Source: an uncultured virus (IMG/VR IMGVR_UViG_3300020020_000004)
Taxonomy: Duplodnaviria > Heunggongvirae > Uroviricota > Caudoviricetes
Direction: 5' to 3' (one strand)
Length of the DNA stretch: 64,000 bases
IMG/VR virus record: IMGVR_UViG_3300020020_000004
The number at the start of each line of letters is the position of its first letter. Positions within the stretch are counted from its first letter, which is position 1. A program made the position numbers and the translations under genes. Positions 28,815 to 38,711 of this stretch are shown here, in pieces. Under the pieces are notes generated by a model. It was given only the letters and a program-made list of their open reading frames with translations. It ran no database searches and was not told the DNA's origin.

Positions 28815-29261
28815 ATGACTTGCGACAATCAAGTTGGCGTCAAAAACATCCTGATGTCGTTCCGGGACTGCGATACGGATCAAGTCTATGGTCCGATCAG
28901 TCACGAGCTTTCATCGGAGGATCTTCCGACCTGGCGCCTCTGTGCTTTCAACAACGAAGCTTTGCCGCACGGCTATGTGAAGCGGCAGGCGAGCAATCCG
29001 GAGGTGGAGATCAAGGTGATTCGAGATCTTCGTATCCCCCTGTCGATGTATCAGGGGTGTTCCGATGTCAATCTCCAGGTCGAATACTACAACGGCCTGG
29101 TCTACTCGGCCGCGAAAGGAACCGGGACCGGGGATACCAAGTCAGACACCCACGAGGTGGAACTGACGATCTCGTTCAAGGAGATCGACGAACTGCTGCC
29201 GGCGGGCACTCTTGAACCAACACCTGATGTGGTTCAGCCGACGTTCGCCGTAGCGGCGTAA
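28815..29261 (+). CDS. Tail tube protein
   Basis: 148 aa directly after sheath, strong RBS. Confidence 0.7.
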   Translation: MTCDNQVGVKNILMSFRDCDTDQVYGPISHELSSEDLPTWRLCAFNNEALPHGYVKRQASNPEVEIKVIRDLRIPLSMYQGCSDVNLQVEYYNGLVYSAAKGTGTGDTKSDTHEVELTISFKEIDELLPAGTLEPTPDVVQPTFAVAA

Positions 29262-29277
29262 CACAGACGGAGTATTC

Positions 29278-29895
29278 ATGGCAACTGAAAAACTGAAGCT
29301 GCCACAGCCGTGGCAGCTTCGTGACTTGGCTATCGACGGTGCTATCGTTAATCCTCTTTCGTTTCAGGCGTTCTCGGAATACCTTGCCGAAGCGCAGGGA
29401 ATGAAGAAACCAAAGACGCTTGAGGCCAGGTTGCGTAGACTTCGACTTGCGAAACAGGTGGTCTATTACGTCAATGGATCATCGACTCCTGTTACCCCAG
29501 ACGATGTGACGATGATGCCGATTCCCAATGCTCGGGTGTTGGCAGAGCTTCTCGATGGGGAAGAAGGAGACGGCGGCAAGATCATTCGTGACGGCGACGG
29601 TATCAATACGTCGATTGTCTACGAGTTGGCAAAGCCAATCCCTGTCACGGGAAAGGACCCGATCACCGAGCTCGAGTTCCTGGCGAGCACCTACGGTGAT
29701 ATCGAAGATGTTATGGCGGCCGACAATAGCATCGCTCAGACTCAGCTGTTGATCGCGACGATTGCCAAGCCGCCTGGGATGCTACAACTTCCTTCGTGGG
29801 CTCTGAACGCTATCACAGTTGGAGATGGAGTCACAATCGCCAAACTTGTGACGCCACGTTTTTTAGGGTCGCCGGTAGAGTCGCAGAACGAGTAG
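29278..29895 (+). CDS. Tail assembly chaperone (frameshift-extended form to 30038)
   Basis: Between tube and tape measure; in-frame T TTT TTA at 29859-29865. Confidence 0.75.
   Translation: MATEKLKLPQPWQLRDLAIDGAIVNPLSFQAFSEYLAEAQGMKKPKTLEARLRRLRLAKQVVYYVNGSSTPVTPDDVTMMPIPNARVLAELLDGEEGDGGKIIRDGDGINTSIVYELAKPIPVTGKDPITELEFLASTYGDIEDVMAADNSIAQTQLLIATIAKPPGMLQLPSWALNAITVGDGVTIAKLVTPRFLGSPVESQNE
29859..29865 (+). promoter_or_regulatory. Programmed -1 ribosomal frameshift slippery site
   Basis: T TTT TTA in the correct frame; -1 frame open to 30038, 3 nt before tape measure ATG. Confidence 0.75.
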
Positions 29896-30041
29896 AAGAG
29901 TATCGTTACTACTCTGCTTCTGCCGGCGATCTTAGAGTTCTGAAAATTCGCCAATTGACGTTTCGAATCTACAACTTCACTAAAATCCACAATCAAGAGA
30001 CTCGAAACCGCATTCATCTAGCTGGAGGTAAGGCGTAGACG

Positions 30042-32624
30042 ATGGCCTCTTTTACCGAAAGAGCAACTCTAGAGGTCAAAGACAAATCTACGGCCCAAAT
30101 CCGGAAGATTAATGCGGAGTTGAAGAAGCTTCAAGCGACGGCGAAGTCTCTCAGAACTATCAGAGTTAATATTTCAGGTATTCCAGCCGCAAGGCAACAG
30201 GTTCAAGGACTCACCCGCGATCTGACAAGATTAAGGTCAGTTGCGAGATCGCTCAGAATTACTGTTGGTACGCAAGGCATTAGTCAGGCGAGACAGCAGC
30301 TTACCAATCTTCGAAATGCCGCTAGACGGCCAATCAATATTCGCACAACTCATACTGGGCCGAGATCCCCTTTCGGTCCGAATCCTCCAGGTGGTCCCGG
30401 TCGAGGTGGAAATAACGCTGGACGCGGCGGACGGGGCCGAACCTTCCTAGGTACTGCAATGCAGGGCGCCAATGCTGGCGCCGGCGGTGGGATGGGCCTT
30501 GGGCTCATGGGCGGTCTCGCTGCTGTGAATCCTGCATTCTTGACTGTGGCGGCTGCTGCGTATCTAGCAGCGGCAGCTCTTAAAAAGATTGGAACTGAGA
30601 CGATTAAAGCTGATCGCGCAGATCTCATGTTGAGATTGGCAGCGACCAAAGAGCAGCAAGATATTATTAATGCTGCTGTCGGTAAATATGCTACGGAGAC
30701 GGGTCATCCGTTAACGATGACTAAAGCTGAGTATAAGGTATTTCTAACTGGAATACTTGGCGACGTTGGTGGAAAGACAGCAACTGAGAGAGCGACAGCC
30801 GCGGTAGGTATCGCTCCTGAGATTATTGATACGTTCCTTCCGTTGGCCTACGGTCTTGGTGGTCCAGGTATGGATCGCGATGAGGCCATGAAAGGCCTCA
30901 ACACTATTGTTAAGGGTTTGAATATTGCTTCGGGTGACCTGACAACCGCTGCTGGTAAGTTTACCAAAGACGGTACCCGTGTTCTCGAAGGTATTGCTCT
31001 CGCCAAAGCTATGAATCCGAATCTCGATGCTGAGAGGATTCGAACTACCCTTGCCAATTTGAAGACGGCTGCATTTACGATGTCGTCTGAATCGCTTGCT
31101 CGTCTGCTCTCCACCGCTGGTGACAGAGGTGTCCGAGTGGCGAACGAGATGTATATGGCGATGCGGTCTATGACTGGTGTCGTCGATAATAAAGCTCTGA
31201 ATAAAGCCCTTGCTAAGATGGGTCTTCTTCAGGGTGGCGAGCCTTTAAAGACTCAACCGAGTAAGCGGTTCCCGGGAGGTAAGGTCAAGACAGGTCAGGG
31301 CGCTGGTATTGTACCCGGATCAGGTACCCCAGTTGATTCCGATATGCTTCGAACTGATCCTTATGCTTGGATCATCAAACATGTTCTGCCGAAGGCAGAA
31401 GCTGCTGCGAAGAAAGGTCTTACAAAGATTGAAATTAAAGCAGCAGAGAAGCGTGCGCAAGAAGTTAAAGATGAGGGCGGAACTGCAGACGAGGTTGCTG
31501 AGGCGCGTGCTCCACTTCGTTCAAAGATCCAGGCGATGTTGGATCAGATGTTTCCTGGGATGGCTGCATCGGCTCGAACTGCACTTTCTGAAGTTGTGTT
31601 TGGTGAAGCCCAGGCGCGCGGTTCTATTGCTCAAGGTAAGGACGCCTTAGCTAATCTCCGTGGTAAAGGTAAACAGATCTTTGATGAATCGATCGCTGCT
31701 CAATTAAGCAATCTTTCATCGACTCTTGATAGCCTTGCTGCGGATATGGGTAAGAGCGTATCAGATGCTATTGGTCTGACTGGTATTATCAAAGAGATAA
31801 ACGATGCCCTTAGAGATCCGAAGGGTCAAGCCCGCGCGGATCTCATGACTAAGGGTCAGAATTTTCTTAGTCTGGCACTTGAGCCGATGAAACTGGCTGG
31901 AACGCTTCTGTTCGAAGCCGGTAAGATGCTGTTTAAGTTTGGCACTTGGATGCTCTCCAAGATTGGCCTTGATTCGACAGGCGGAGATCCCACTAAGATC
32001 GGTGCCAAGACTGCCGCTGAAATGGCTACGGATCAGGCAGACGCCGATGCTAGGAATCTTGCTAACTCAAGAGTTGCGATCAGAGAATTAGAGACTCAAT
32101 TAAATAGGCAGAAGGCTAAGTTACAAGATGCTCCGACTAGGGGTCGTGGAGCAGAGGCTATGCGAGAAAGCATAGCAGCTACGATTAAGAAATTGGAACA
32201 AGATCTCGCTGACGCGAAAGAGAATGCTGCATCCTTGGAGACTTATCTCAGGGAGAAGGCAGCCGCTGATAAGAAGAAAGCGGAAGAAGACGCGAAGCCC
32301 GACGAATCCAAGGCGGGCGATAAGAGAAGTGAACTTACTACACCTGACGTTCAGGCGATGTTTGCTTCAATCGAAAAGACCCCTGAATTGTTCAGTACGG
32401 TGTTTGGTGAGTTTCCGGCAAAAGCTGGAGAAGCGGGAACTAGGTTCTCAACCAATGCCATGACTTCGATTAGAGACGGATCAGCTGGCGCTGGAGAGAT
32501 ATACGGGAACAGCGCAGTTGCCATAATCAAGGCTGGTGTAGCAAACATGAATGTGGCTGTTAACGCCACTGTCAAGACTACAGAACCTGGATCTGACCAA
32601 GGTGCAAGAACGGCTGTTGGGTAA
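30042..32624 (+). CDS. Tape measure protein
   Basis: 860 aa, Ala/Gly/Lys-rich helical, hydrophobic segment; canonical position. Confidence 0.8.
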   Translation: MASFTERATLEVKDKSTAQIRKINAELKKLQATAKSLRTIRVNISGIPAARQQVQGLTRDLTRLRSVARSLRITVGTQGISQARQQLTNLRNAARRPINIRTTHTGPRSPFGPNPPGGPGRGGNNAGRGGRGRTFLGTAMQGANAGAGGGMGLGLMGGLAAVNPAFLTVAAAAYLAAAALKKIGTETIKADRADLMLRLAATKEQQDIINAAVGKYATETGHPLTMTKAEYKVFLTGILGDVGGKTATERATAAVGIAPEIIDTFLPLAYGLGGPGMDRDEAMKGLNTIVKGLNIASGDLTTAAGKFTKDGTRVLEGIALAKAMNPNLDAERIRTTLANLKTAAFTMSSESLARLLSTAGDRGVRVANEMYMAMRSMTGVVDNKALNKALAKMGLLQGGEPLKTQPSKRFPGGKVKTGQGAGIVPGSGTPVDSDMLRTDPYAWIIKHVLPKAEAAAKKGLTKIEIKAAEKRAQEVKDEGGTADEVAEARAPLRSKIQAMLDQMFPGMAASARTALSEVVFGEAQARGSIAQGKDALANLRGKGKQIFDESIAAQLSNLSSTLDSLAADMGKSVSDAIGLTGIIKEINDALRDPKGQARADLMTKGQNFLSLALEPMKLAGTLLFEAGKMLFKFGTWMLSKIGLDSTGGDPTKIGAKTAAEMATDQADADARNLANSRVAIRELETQLNRQKAKLQDAPTRGRGAEAMRESIAATIKKLEQDLADAKENAASLETYLREKAAADKKKAEEDAKPDESKAGDKRSELTTPDVQAMFASIEKTPELFSTVFGEFPAKAGEAGTRFSTNAMTSIRDGSAGAGEIYGNSAVAIIKAGVANMNVAVNATVKTTEPGSDQGARTAVG

Positions 32625-33820
32625 TGTCTAGAACTAATTGTGCTATCGGAAAAGATTATGTTCCTGCCTCGTTTAAGGGTGTGGGCTTCATCTGTACTGA
32701 TGCCGACATTGAAGGCGGACGTCGAGGCGCTGAAGGAGAATTCCCATTCGGAGAGGATACTGCATATGCTGATCTCGGACGCAAGATAAGGGTCTTCAAT
32801 CTTACTGCTGCTTTTAGAGAAGACGATCATGTCTGGGACAGCCAAGCGTTATTCGCAGTCTGTGAGAGTCCGCAGCCTGGTATCCTTGTTCATCCTACTC
32901 GTGGGACACATCTTGTTGCTTGTCGTAAAGTTAAGGTTAGCGACAAGCTTGAAGAGTCCGCGGGCGAGACGACTGCCGAATTAGAATTCGTTGAGGCCAA
33001 TCCAGTCGGTTCTGGGATTGGCGGATCGATATTCGGAATCATCGCAAGCGCCGTTATCTCGGTAAGTTCTGCTTCTTTTAGAAACGACTATAGACCCGCG
33101 TCCATTGCGTATCCTTGGTCACACGATATTGTGACGTCAGCTCAGAATCTTATCAAGACAACGCAGACTGTTCTGATTCATACGTTTACTGAAGACACTA
33201 GTTCGTCGCAGTGGCGTGTGGCTCTTAAGATGGAAGAAGTGGCTAACGATCCGGGTCTGGCAGCTATGGCCGACCAAGTAGATGATGCCCTTACTTCTGG
33301 AGTGAATGAGATTACTTACAATATTCAGGATCTAGAAGAGAAGTGGAGAGTACTACGGAGACTCACCAACGTCGGCGCAGTCGAGAGTAGTCTTCCTTCT
33401 GTTGGAGGCGCAGCTACAGTTGAGAATTCGCTCTACAGTCGATTTCGCGTATTGACTGGTGTGGCCTTAGCTGAGACTGCGATGGCTCGAAAATATCCTC
33501 ACATTCAGGCTGCGCTGTCTGCGATGGATACTGCGTCAGCAGTTCTTGAAGACGAGGCCAAGTCCGCCTATAACATCTGCGACAACGCTCTTTATCTTGA
33601 GCTTCAGAAGTACATTGTTACCTTCAAAGATATGATGTACAATCTTGCTTATCGTCTTCCAGGTCTGATCACAGTTGATTTCCAAGGTGGGGTGCATCCA
33701 CTGGTCGCCGCATATGTTATCTATAATGATGCGAAGCGTCATCGGGATCTTGAGCCCCGGAACGTAATTGATGCGAATGGTCGTTTTGGTCGTCTTGTTA
33801 GAGGGGTCTCTCCAACGTGA
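32624..33820 (+). CDS. Mu gpN-like 'DNA circularisation' tail protein
   Basis: PASFKGVGF...GGRR...EFPF...DLGRK...PGILVHP; C-terminal LAY..Y.DAKR. Confidence 0.85.
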   Translation: MSRTNCAIGKDYVPASFKGVGFICTDADIEGGRRGAEGEFPFGEDTAYADLGRKIRVFNLTAAFREDDHVWDSQALFAVCESPQPGILVHPTRGTHLVACRKVKVSDKLEESAGETTAELEFVEANPVGSGIGGSIFGIIASAVISVSSASFRNDYRPASIAYPWSHDIVTSAQNLIKTTQTVLIHTFTEDTSSSQWRVALKMEEVANDPGLAAMADQVDDALTSGVNEITYNIQDLEEKWRVLRRLTNVGAVESSLPSVGGAATVENSLYSRFRVLTGVALAETAMARKYPHIQAALSAMDTASAVLEDEAKSAYNICDNALYLELQKYIVTFKDMMYNLAYRLPGLITVDFQGGVHPLVAAYVIYNDAKRHRDLEPRNVIDANGRFGRLVRGVSPT

Positions 33821-35127
33821 AGCCAGTCGTCATTACAGTTGGTGGTACTGAACTCACTACGTGGACAGAAATGACTCTTCAGCGTAGCAAAGAAGAATTG
33901 ACCGGAAGTCTATCGGTCTCTATCTTTGCTGGTGCCATGCCGTCCGGTCCGATTGCTCGAGCTGCATCAGCGGGAGCTGAGATCTTGGTGTATGTGGCGG
34001 GACAGCTCGCTTTCACTGGGATCATTGACAAACGGCGAGGGACTGGAGCAAAGAAAGGTAAGAAGGGGACCAAGGAGAGTGATAAAGAAAAAGGTGGAGC
34101 ATCGGCATCAACCAGTATTGGTCCGAATGAATACACCATCAAGCTGTCAGCTCGGGGTAAGACCAAACGGTTGATTGATTCGTCGCACCAGCATCCGACC
34201 ACCAATATGCTGAAGCCGACCACTAAAGAAGTAGTCGAAAAACTGATTGAGCCCTGGAAGACGCAGCTCGATTGGAAGGGTGAGACAATCAAACTCGATA
34301 AGGTGCGTTTCCGCGACGGAGCCCGTGTGATAGATGAACTCAATCGTGTGGCGGTCGAGAATTGTTATTTCATGTATGAGACGCGAGATGGCAAGCTTTG
34401 TGTCACAGATGGGTGTGCTGGCGGGGGCGGGGATCCTCTTATTCTTGGAGTCAACATTTTAGAATTCTCTGCCGAGCAATCTGAGGATCAGGATAAGTCG
34501 AAAGTTAAGGTAAAGGGTCAGCGTTCTAAGAAAAAGATTTGGGGTGAGAAGGCTGTTTTGAAGACTCATAAGGAGATGCAGAACAAGCGTATGAAATCAT
34601 TTGTACCACAGATTATTCAACACAACGGGGATGCGGACGATAAGACCTTAGAGCGGAGAGCGCGATTTGAGATGAATGCACGCGCGGCCAAATCTAAGAA
34701 GATCACTATTGAAGTGTTCCATGTGCAGACTCCTTCTGGTCAGCCTTGGGATATTGGGAACACACATTACGTCGAAGTACCTCCTGAGGGTATCTTCGAT
34801 ATGTTCGAATGCACAGAGTTGACATACACTGTGAATGCGGAAAAAGAACTCAAGACCAGTCTGACGTTGTCTCCACCTCCTTCGGCTGGAGAGGGAGAGG
34901 GGTTTGGACTTAGTGGCATCAATTTCAATACTGGAAGTGCGCGTAGGTCTCAATCCAACGTGACAATGGTATCGGGACAATTTCCCGAGCCTTGGTTGCC
35001 TCCCGATCTATCTGTTCTGCCTCTTATGACTATGGTTGAGTCTTTAGAGCAGAAAGACAAAGAAGAGCCTCAGAAGACTCAGAATCCGCCTCTTACTTTA
35101 CCATATTGGTTTGGAGAGATTGCATGA
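33817..35127 (+). CDS. Baseplate hub (Mu gpP-like)
   Basis: LSARGKTKRLIDSS, DGKLCVT, LILGVNIL, VKVKGQ, GQPWD. Confidence 0.8.
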   Translation: MKPVVITVGGTELTTWTEMTLQRSKEELTGSLSVSIFAGAMPSGPIARAASAGAEILVYVAGQLAFTGIIDKRRGTGAKKGKKGTKESDKEKGGASASTSIGPNEYTIKLSARGKTKRLIDSSHQHPTTNMLKPTTKEVVEKLIEPWKTQLDWKGETIKLDKVRFRDGARVIDELNRVAVENCYFMYETRDGKLCVTDGCAGGGGDPLILGVNILEFSAEQSEDQDKSKVKVKGQRSKKKIWGEKAVLKTHKEMQNKRMKSFVPQIIQHNGDADDKTLERRARFEMNARAAKSKKITIEVFHVQTPSGQPWDIGNTHYVEVPPEGIFDMFECTELTYTVNAEKELKTSLTLSPPPSAGEGEGFGLSGINFNTGSARRSQSNVTMVSGQFPEPWLPPDLSVLPLMTMVESLEQKDKEEPQKTQNPPLTLPYWFGEIA

Positions 35128-35684
35128 CCAGCTTTACCGATTTTCGTGAACGTTCCAGGGACATCAATGATGGAACTGAGCGCCACGTATGGGGCAAACA
35201 AGAATACATCAAGGGTGCTGGTTCGATTATTAAAGTTCGAGGAACCGATACTGAAGATCAGGAAGCTGGAGTTCTAGTTATTGGGGGTGTCTCTTTCAAC
35301 GTTAAAGAGAAATTCAATACCGAAGTCATGTTGCTTTCGTCATCGTCCGACACCACATTGAAGATGGCGCTACTCACCATCCCGAAGGATAAACAACGGC
35401 GGTGGGAAGAGGGGCATGGAGGTGTTCAACACCCTACCGATGATACGTTTGCTCTGGACTTTGGAGACAAACTTGCTCATTTGACCAAGAACAAGTTCGG
35501 GGTCGGTGAGAAGGGTGAGTTCGAGGTACGGGGTGATAAGGTTTACATCCGTGCCAGTCAGGTAATTATTGAAGGTGAACTGGTTGTCAATAAGCAGATC
35601 AAGACACCTTCAGTTGTGTCTGGTAAGGAAGACATTCCTAGCTTCGAGGGAAGTAAACAAGCCGAAGCCAAGGATGAAGAATAA
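35124..35684 (+). CDS. Baseplate central spike (Mu gp45-like)
   Basis: Position after hub; beta-rich C-terminus. Confidence 0.6.
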   Translation: MTSFTDFRERSRDINDGTERHVWGKQEYIKGAGSIIKVRGTDTEDQEAGVLVIGGVSFNVKEKFNTEVMLLSSSSDTTLKMALLTIPKDKQRRWEEGHGGVQHPTDDTFALDFGDKLAHLTKNKFGVGEKGEFEVRGDKVYIRASQVIIEGELVVNKQIKTPSVVSGKEDIPSFEGSKQAEAKDEE

Positions 35685-36220
35685 TGCGCGATACTCAATG
35701 CCTACCTAGCGATGAAGGACGGCGTAGAGTATTCTGGACTACGATGGATTCCTGTGGTCGTTACAATCTGTGTGGAGCAGAGTGTTCCATACCTGGGCTT
35801 CAATATATTGATAAGCCCGAAGGTAGAACGATTGCTAATGATGATTGGATCCGAAGTCTTGTTCTGAATATTTTGAATACCCGTGCGCGGAGCGATCTTA
35901 AGTGTCCTACTCCTGCGGGTACCTTTGGTCATTGGTCTGAGAGCTATCGCGACGATGGACTTTACATCGGAACGCGTCTCTTTAATGCCGCTGAGAAATC
36001 GTATTCAAAGATTCTCGAGGGTGTCAAAGCAATCGGTGCAGCTATTCGAAGCGACATCGGTAAATTGATTATTCTCGGGTTAGCTGATGATGTAGATGTC
36101 GATGTAGTATATCGAGGACGTTCTCGAGTCGATGTCACGATCGCAATCACTATTCGTTCTGTTCGTCGAACAGTTGATCTCGCCGGTACCTATGGTACCA
36201 ACGCATGGGTATGGACCTAA
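35684..36220 (+). CDS. Baseplate protein (Mu gp46-like)
   Basis: GHWSESY...IGTRLF pattern. Confidence 0.7.
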   Translation: MRDTQCLPSDEGRRRVFWTTMDSCGRYNLCGAECSIPGLQYIDKPEGRTIANDDWIRSLVLNILNTRARSDLKCPTPAGTFGHWSESYRDDGLYIGTRLFNAAEKSYSKILEGVKAIGAAIRSDIGKLIILGLADDVDVDVVYRGRSRVDVTIAITIRSVRRTVDLAGTYGTNAWVWT

Positions 36221-37452
36221 TGACCTGTGTTATTCCGCGGCCTGATCCAAAAGAACTGTTCGAACATTTTAAGAACATGTTCTCGTCGACCGTTCTTGGC
36301 GGCGGTCAAGTCATCCCTGAATCAAACGAATGGTATGTCGTCACCAACGACTATGCCGCGGCTGAGCAGTTTTATGCTGTGGCCGATCAGATGTGGCGAG
36401 AGACAAATCCAGAGACAGCATGCTGCGACAATCTTTACAAGATGGCAGCGATGCATGGTGTGTTCCCGAACCCGCCATCCCACGCTCAAGGCTATGCTAA
36501 GCTAACGGGCGTCCCGGGTTCAGCCGTACCAAACTACTTTGAAATCCAAACAGAGATCGGTATCTTTGTTTCAGTCGGATCAATTCCCCTAACGATCCCA
36601 GCTGAAGGGACTTTGATCGTTCAGATCCGGGCTCTGGTGCCCGGCGAGAGTATGAATTCAGACGGTACCATTACCGAAGGAACACTGATCACGCCTGCTC
36701 CTGGTATCGACCCACTAGTGATCATTTGTGGCGGACAGTTCTGCAGCGGTTCTGATGAGGAGACTTGTGAAGAATTCCGCAAGCGATATATCGAACGGTT
36801 GGCTTACCAGCCGCGCGCCACAATGGAGTGGATCAAACAAAAGTTCATGGAGTTTCCGTGTGTGACTCGAGTTTGTACTCGAGAGGGTTCGTGTTGTCGT
36901 TGCACGCCGGAATGTAATGATTGCGTCGACTGTGGTTGCAAGAACTGTGGTACCAAGTTGGAATTCTATGTGTTCTTCGACGACGTGTTTCCGTGCGGGA
37001 TACCGCCGCAGCATGTGGTTGACGATATCACAGAATGGATGTTTGGTGATCCACAAGGCTACGGCGAAGGGCAGGTCGAGATTGGCGTGTGCGGAAAAGT
37101 GTACATGCCTGAGGCGTTGATGGTGAACGTCTTTATTGACATCGTTGGATGTCCGAGCTCGGCTCAGAAACAAACTATCGAGACGTATATTCAGGAATTG
37201 TTCAAACGCATTTGTCCGTCGACAGTGTTACGGGTCAAGCAATTGGAACTGATTGTTGCATCTGTTATTGGTGCTGAGATAAGCGTATCGGTGAGATTCG
37301 AAGTCGTGGGTTACGAGGATAAGGCCCCGCAATATCCACGGGATAAAGTCTTCGTTACAGTATGCGGCGATCTCGAACCAGAGTGCGATGTAATCCCATG
37401 TTTGAACGAGATTATCTTTGTCAATCCTGACATGCGGAAAACTCCATGCTGA
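36220..37452 (+). CDS. Baseplate J-like wedge protein, Cys-rich
   Basis: GSDEETCEEFRKRY (gpJ GxDxE motif); CCRCTPECNDCVDCGCKNC insertion. Confidence 0.82.
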   Translation: MTCVIPRPDPKELFEHFKNMFSSTVLGGGQVIPESNEWYVVTNDYAAAEQFYAVADQMWRETNPETACCDNLYKMAAMHGVFPNPPSHAQGYAKLTGVPGSAVPNYFEIQTEIGIFVSVGSIPLTIPAEGTLIVQIRALVPGESMNSDGTITEGTLITPAPGIDPLVIICGGQFCSGSDEETCEEFRKRYIERLAYQPRATMEWIKQKFMEFPCVTRVCTREGSCCRCTPECNDCVDCGCKNCGTKLEFYVFFDDVFPCGIPPQHVVDDITEWMFGDPQGYGEGQVEIGVCGKVYMPEALMVNVFIDIVGCPSSAQKQTIETYIQELFKRICPSTVLRVKQLELIVASVIGAEISVSVRFEVVGYEDKAPQYPRDKVFVTVCGDLEPECDVIPCLNEIIFVNPDMRKTPC

Positions 37453-38321
37453 CCGCAGATGGATGCGCCGAAGTTGCGATCCCAGAAGAGACCGGATGTT
37501 GTCCGCCTCCGTTGTGTGGAAACGATCTGTGCTGCACCTTCGTGGCGTTCATGAATCTGCTTCCTTCTGGGCCTCTCTGGGATTACTGGAAGCAAGCGGC
37601 GATCAGCTATTTCGAGACCGATCCTGAACATCCAGAAGAGTGTCCTTTGATTCAAGATCCGCAGTGTCCCTCATTGGTGTTGCATGCGATCTACACCGTT
37701 CTGAAATTACGTCATGTGGTGCATAATGCGTTGTGGCCGGCGTTGCGGGAGAGCAATCCTGCGACTGCTGTAATAACGCTCGACAATCATTTATCTCGTC
37801 TTCAGTGGGAAGATTGCTATTCTCAGCATTGTAGGTCAGTTCTTCTGGGCGAGATTACACCATACGAGATTTGGACTTCGTGCGGACCTGTATTCTGCGA
37901 ACCCGATTTCCCGCCTGAATTGGAAGCTGCGGTCAAGCGAGGTATCGCGATCGCGTTGACGCGCGCCAACATGGGCGTGATCAAAAACATGTGTGGCATC
38001 AATTGGGTAATCGAGTCGTTGGGCGCTGCTATTCGACCAAGTGATGTACCTGTACCCACGCATCCGATAGTTGATCCCTGTAATGATTGTGCTGACAATA
38101 TCGCCTTCGAGCTATACTACACACAAGATTGGCTGGAGGGTGTTGGTTCGGGCGATATCTGTGAAACTAATATGCCAAGACCACACGTTCCGGCATTTTG
38201 GGATCGCGGATGTGATAAGCCAGCTGGCTTGCCCGATCAGATTTGGCCTGGAGTTCTCGCCGCAGAATGCATCGTTAGATCTATGATGCATTGCCCCATT
38301 GACATAACTCGAAAGTGCTGA
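37446..38321 (+). CDS. Baseplate wedge protein (Mu gp48-like), Cys-rich
   Basis: LLPSGPLW...RESNPATA motif. Confidence 0.7.
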   Translation: MLTADGCAEVAIPEETGCCPPPLCGNDLCCTFVAFMNLLPSGPLWDYWKQAAISYFETDPEHPEECPLIQDPQCPSLVLHAIYTVLKLRHVVHNALWPALRESNPATAVITLDNHLSRLQWEDCYSQHCRSVLLGEITPYEIWTSCGPVFCEPDFPPELEAAVKRGIAIALTRANMGVIKNMCGINWVIESLGAAIRPSDVPVPTHPIVDPCNDCADNIAFELYYTQDWLEGVGSGDICETNMPRPHVPAFWDRGCDKPAGLPDQIWPGVLAAECIVRSMMHCPIDITRKC

Positions 38322-38324
38322 GTC

Positions 38325-38711
38325 ATGCCTGGTATTCTTCCAGAAGATGTAGCTGGCGGCCTAGTGATTCGAGACGCTGGTGGGGTCGCGACCAATCCAC
38401 CTAATGTTCAGAATGCTTACGTACCTTCGGCCGCTTTTATTTCAACCTGTGAATTGACAGCCCTTCCGACCGACTGCACGGCCAGAATCGAGGCTCGTCA
38501 GATCAATGCTATCGTCTCCGAGCTGATTGCACTTGCCGAATGTTTTGATGCAAACGGGCCTTGGGATTGTAATTCTCTGACCAATCTGTGTGCGGCATTC
38601 ACCGTGTGGGTCGAAGAAGGACGCATCGTCGTGGACGGTGTGTCGATCGTGGGTGCTGGCACCGTGGCCGACCCGTATCGCGTAGGCCTCATTGACTGCG
38701 GGAGCTACTGA
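38325..38711 (+). CDS. Short fibre anchor/adaptor protein
   Basis: C.AR...INAIVSELIAL...DC.SLTNL..A, resembles N-terminus of 44719. Confidence 0.5.
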   Translation: MPGILPEDVAGGLVIRDAGGVATNPPNVQNAYVPSAAFISTCELTALPTDCTARIEARQINAIVSELIALAECFDANGPWDCNSLTNLCAAFTVWVEEGRIVVDGVSIVGAGTVADPYRVGLIDCGSY

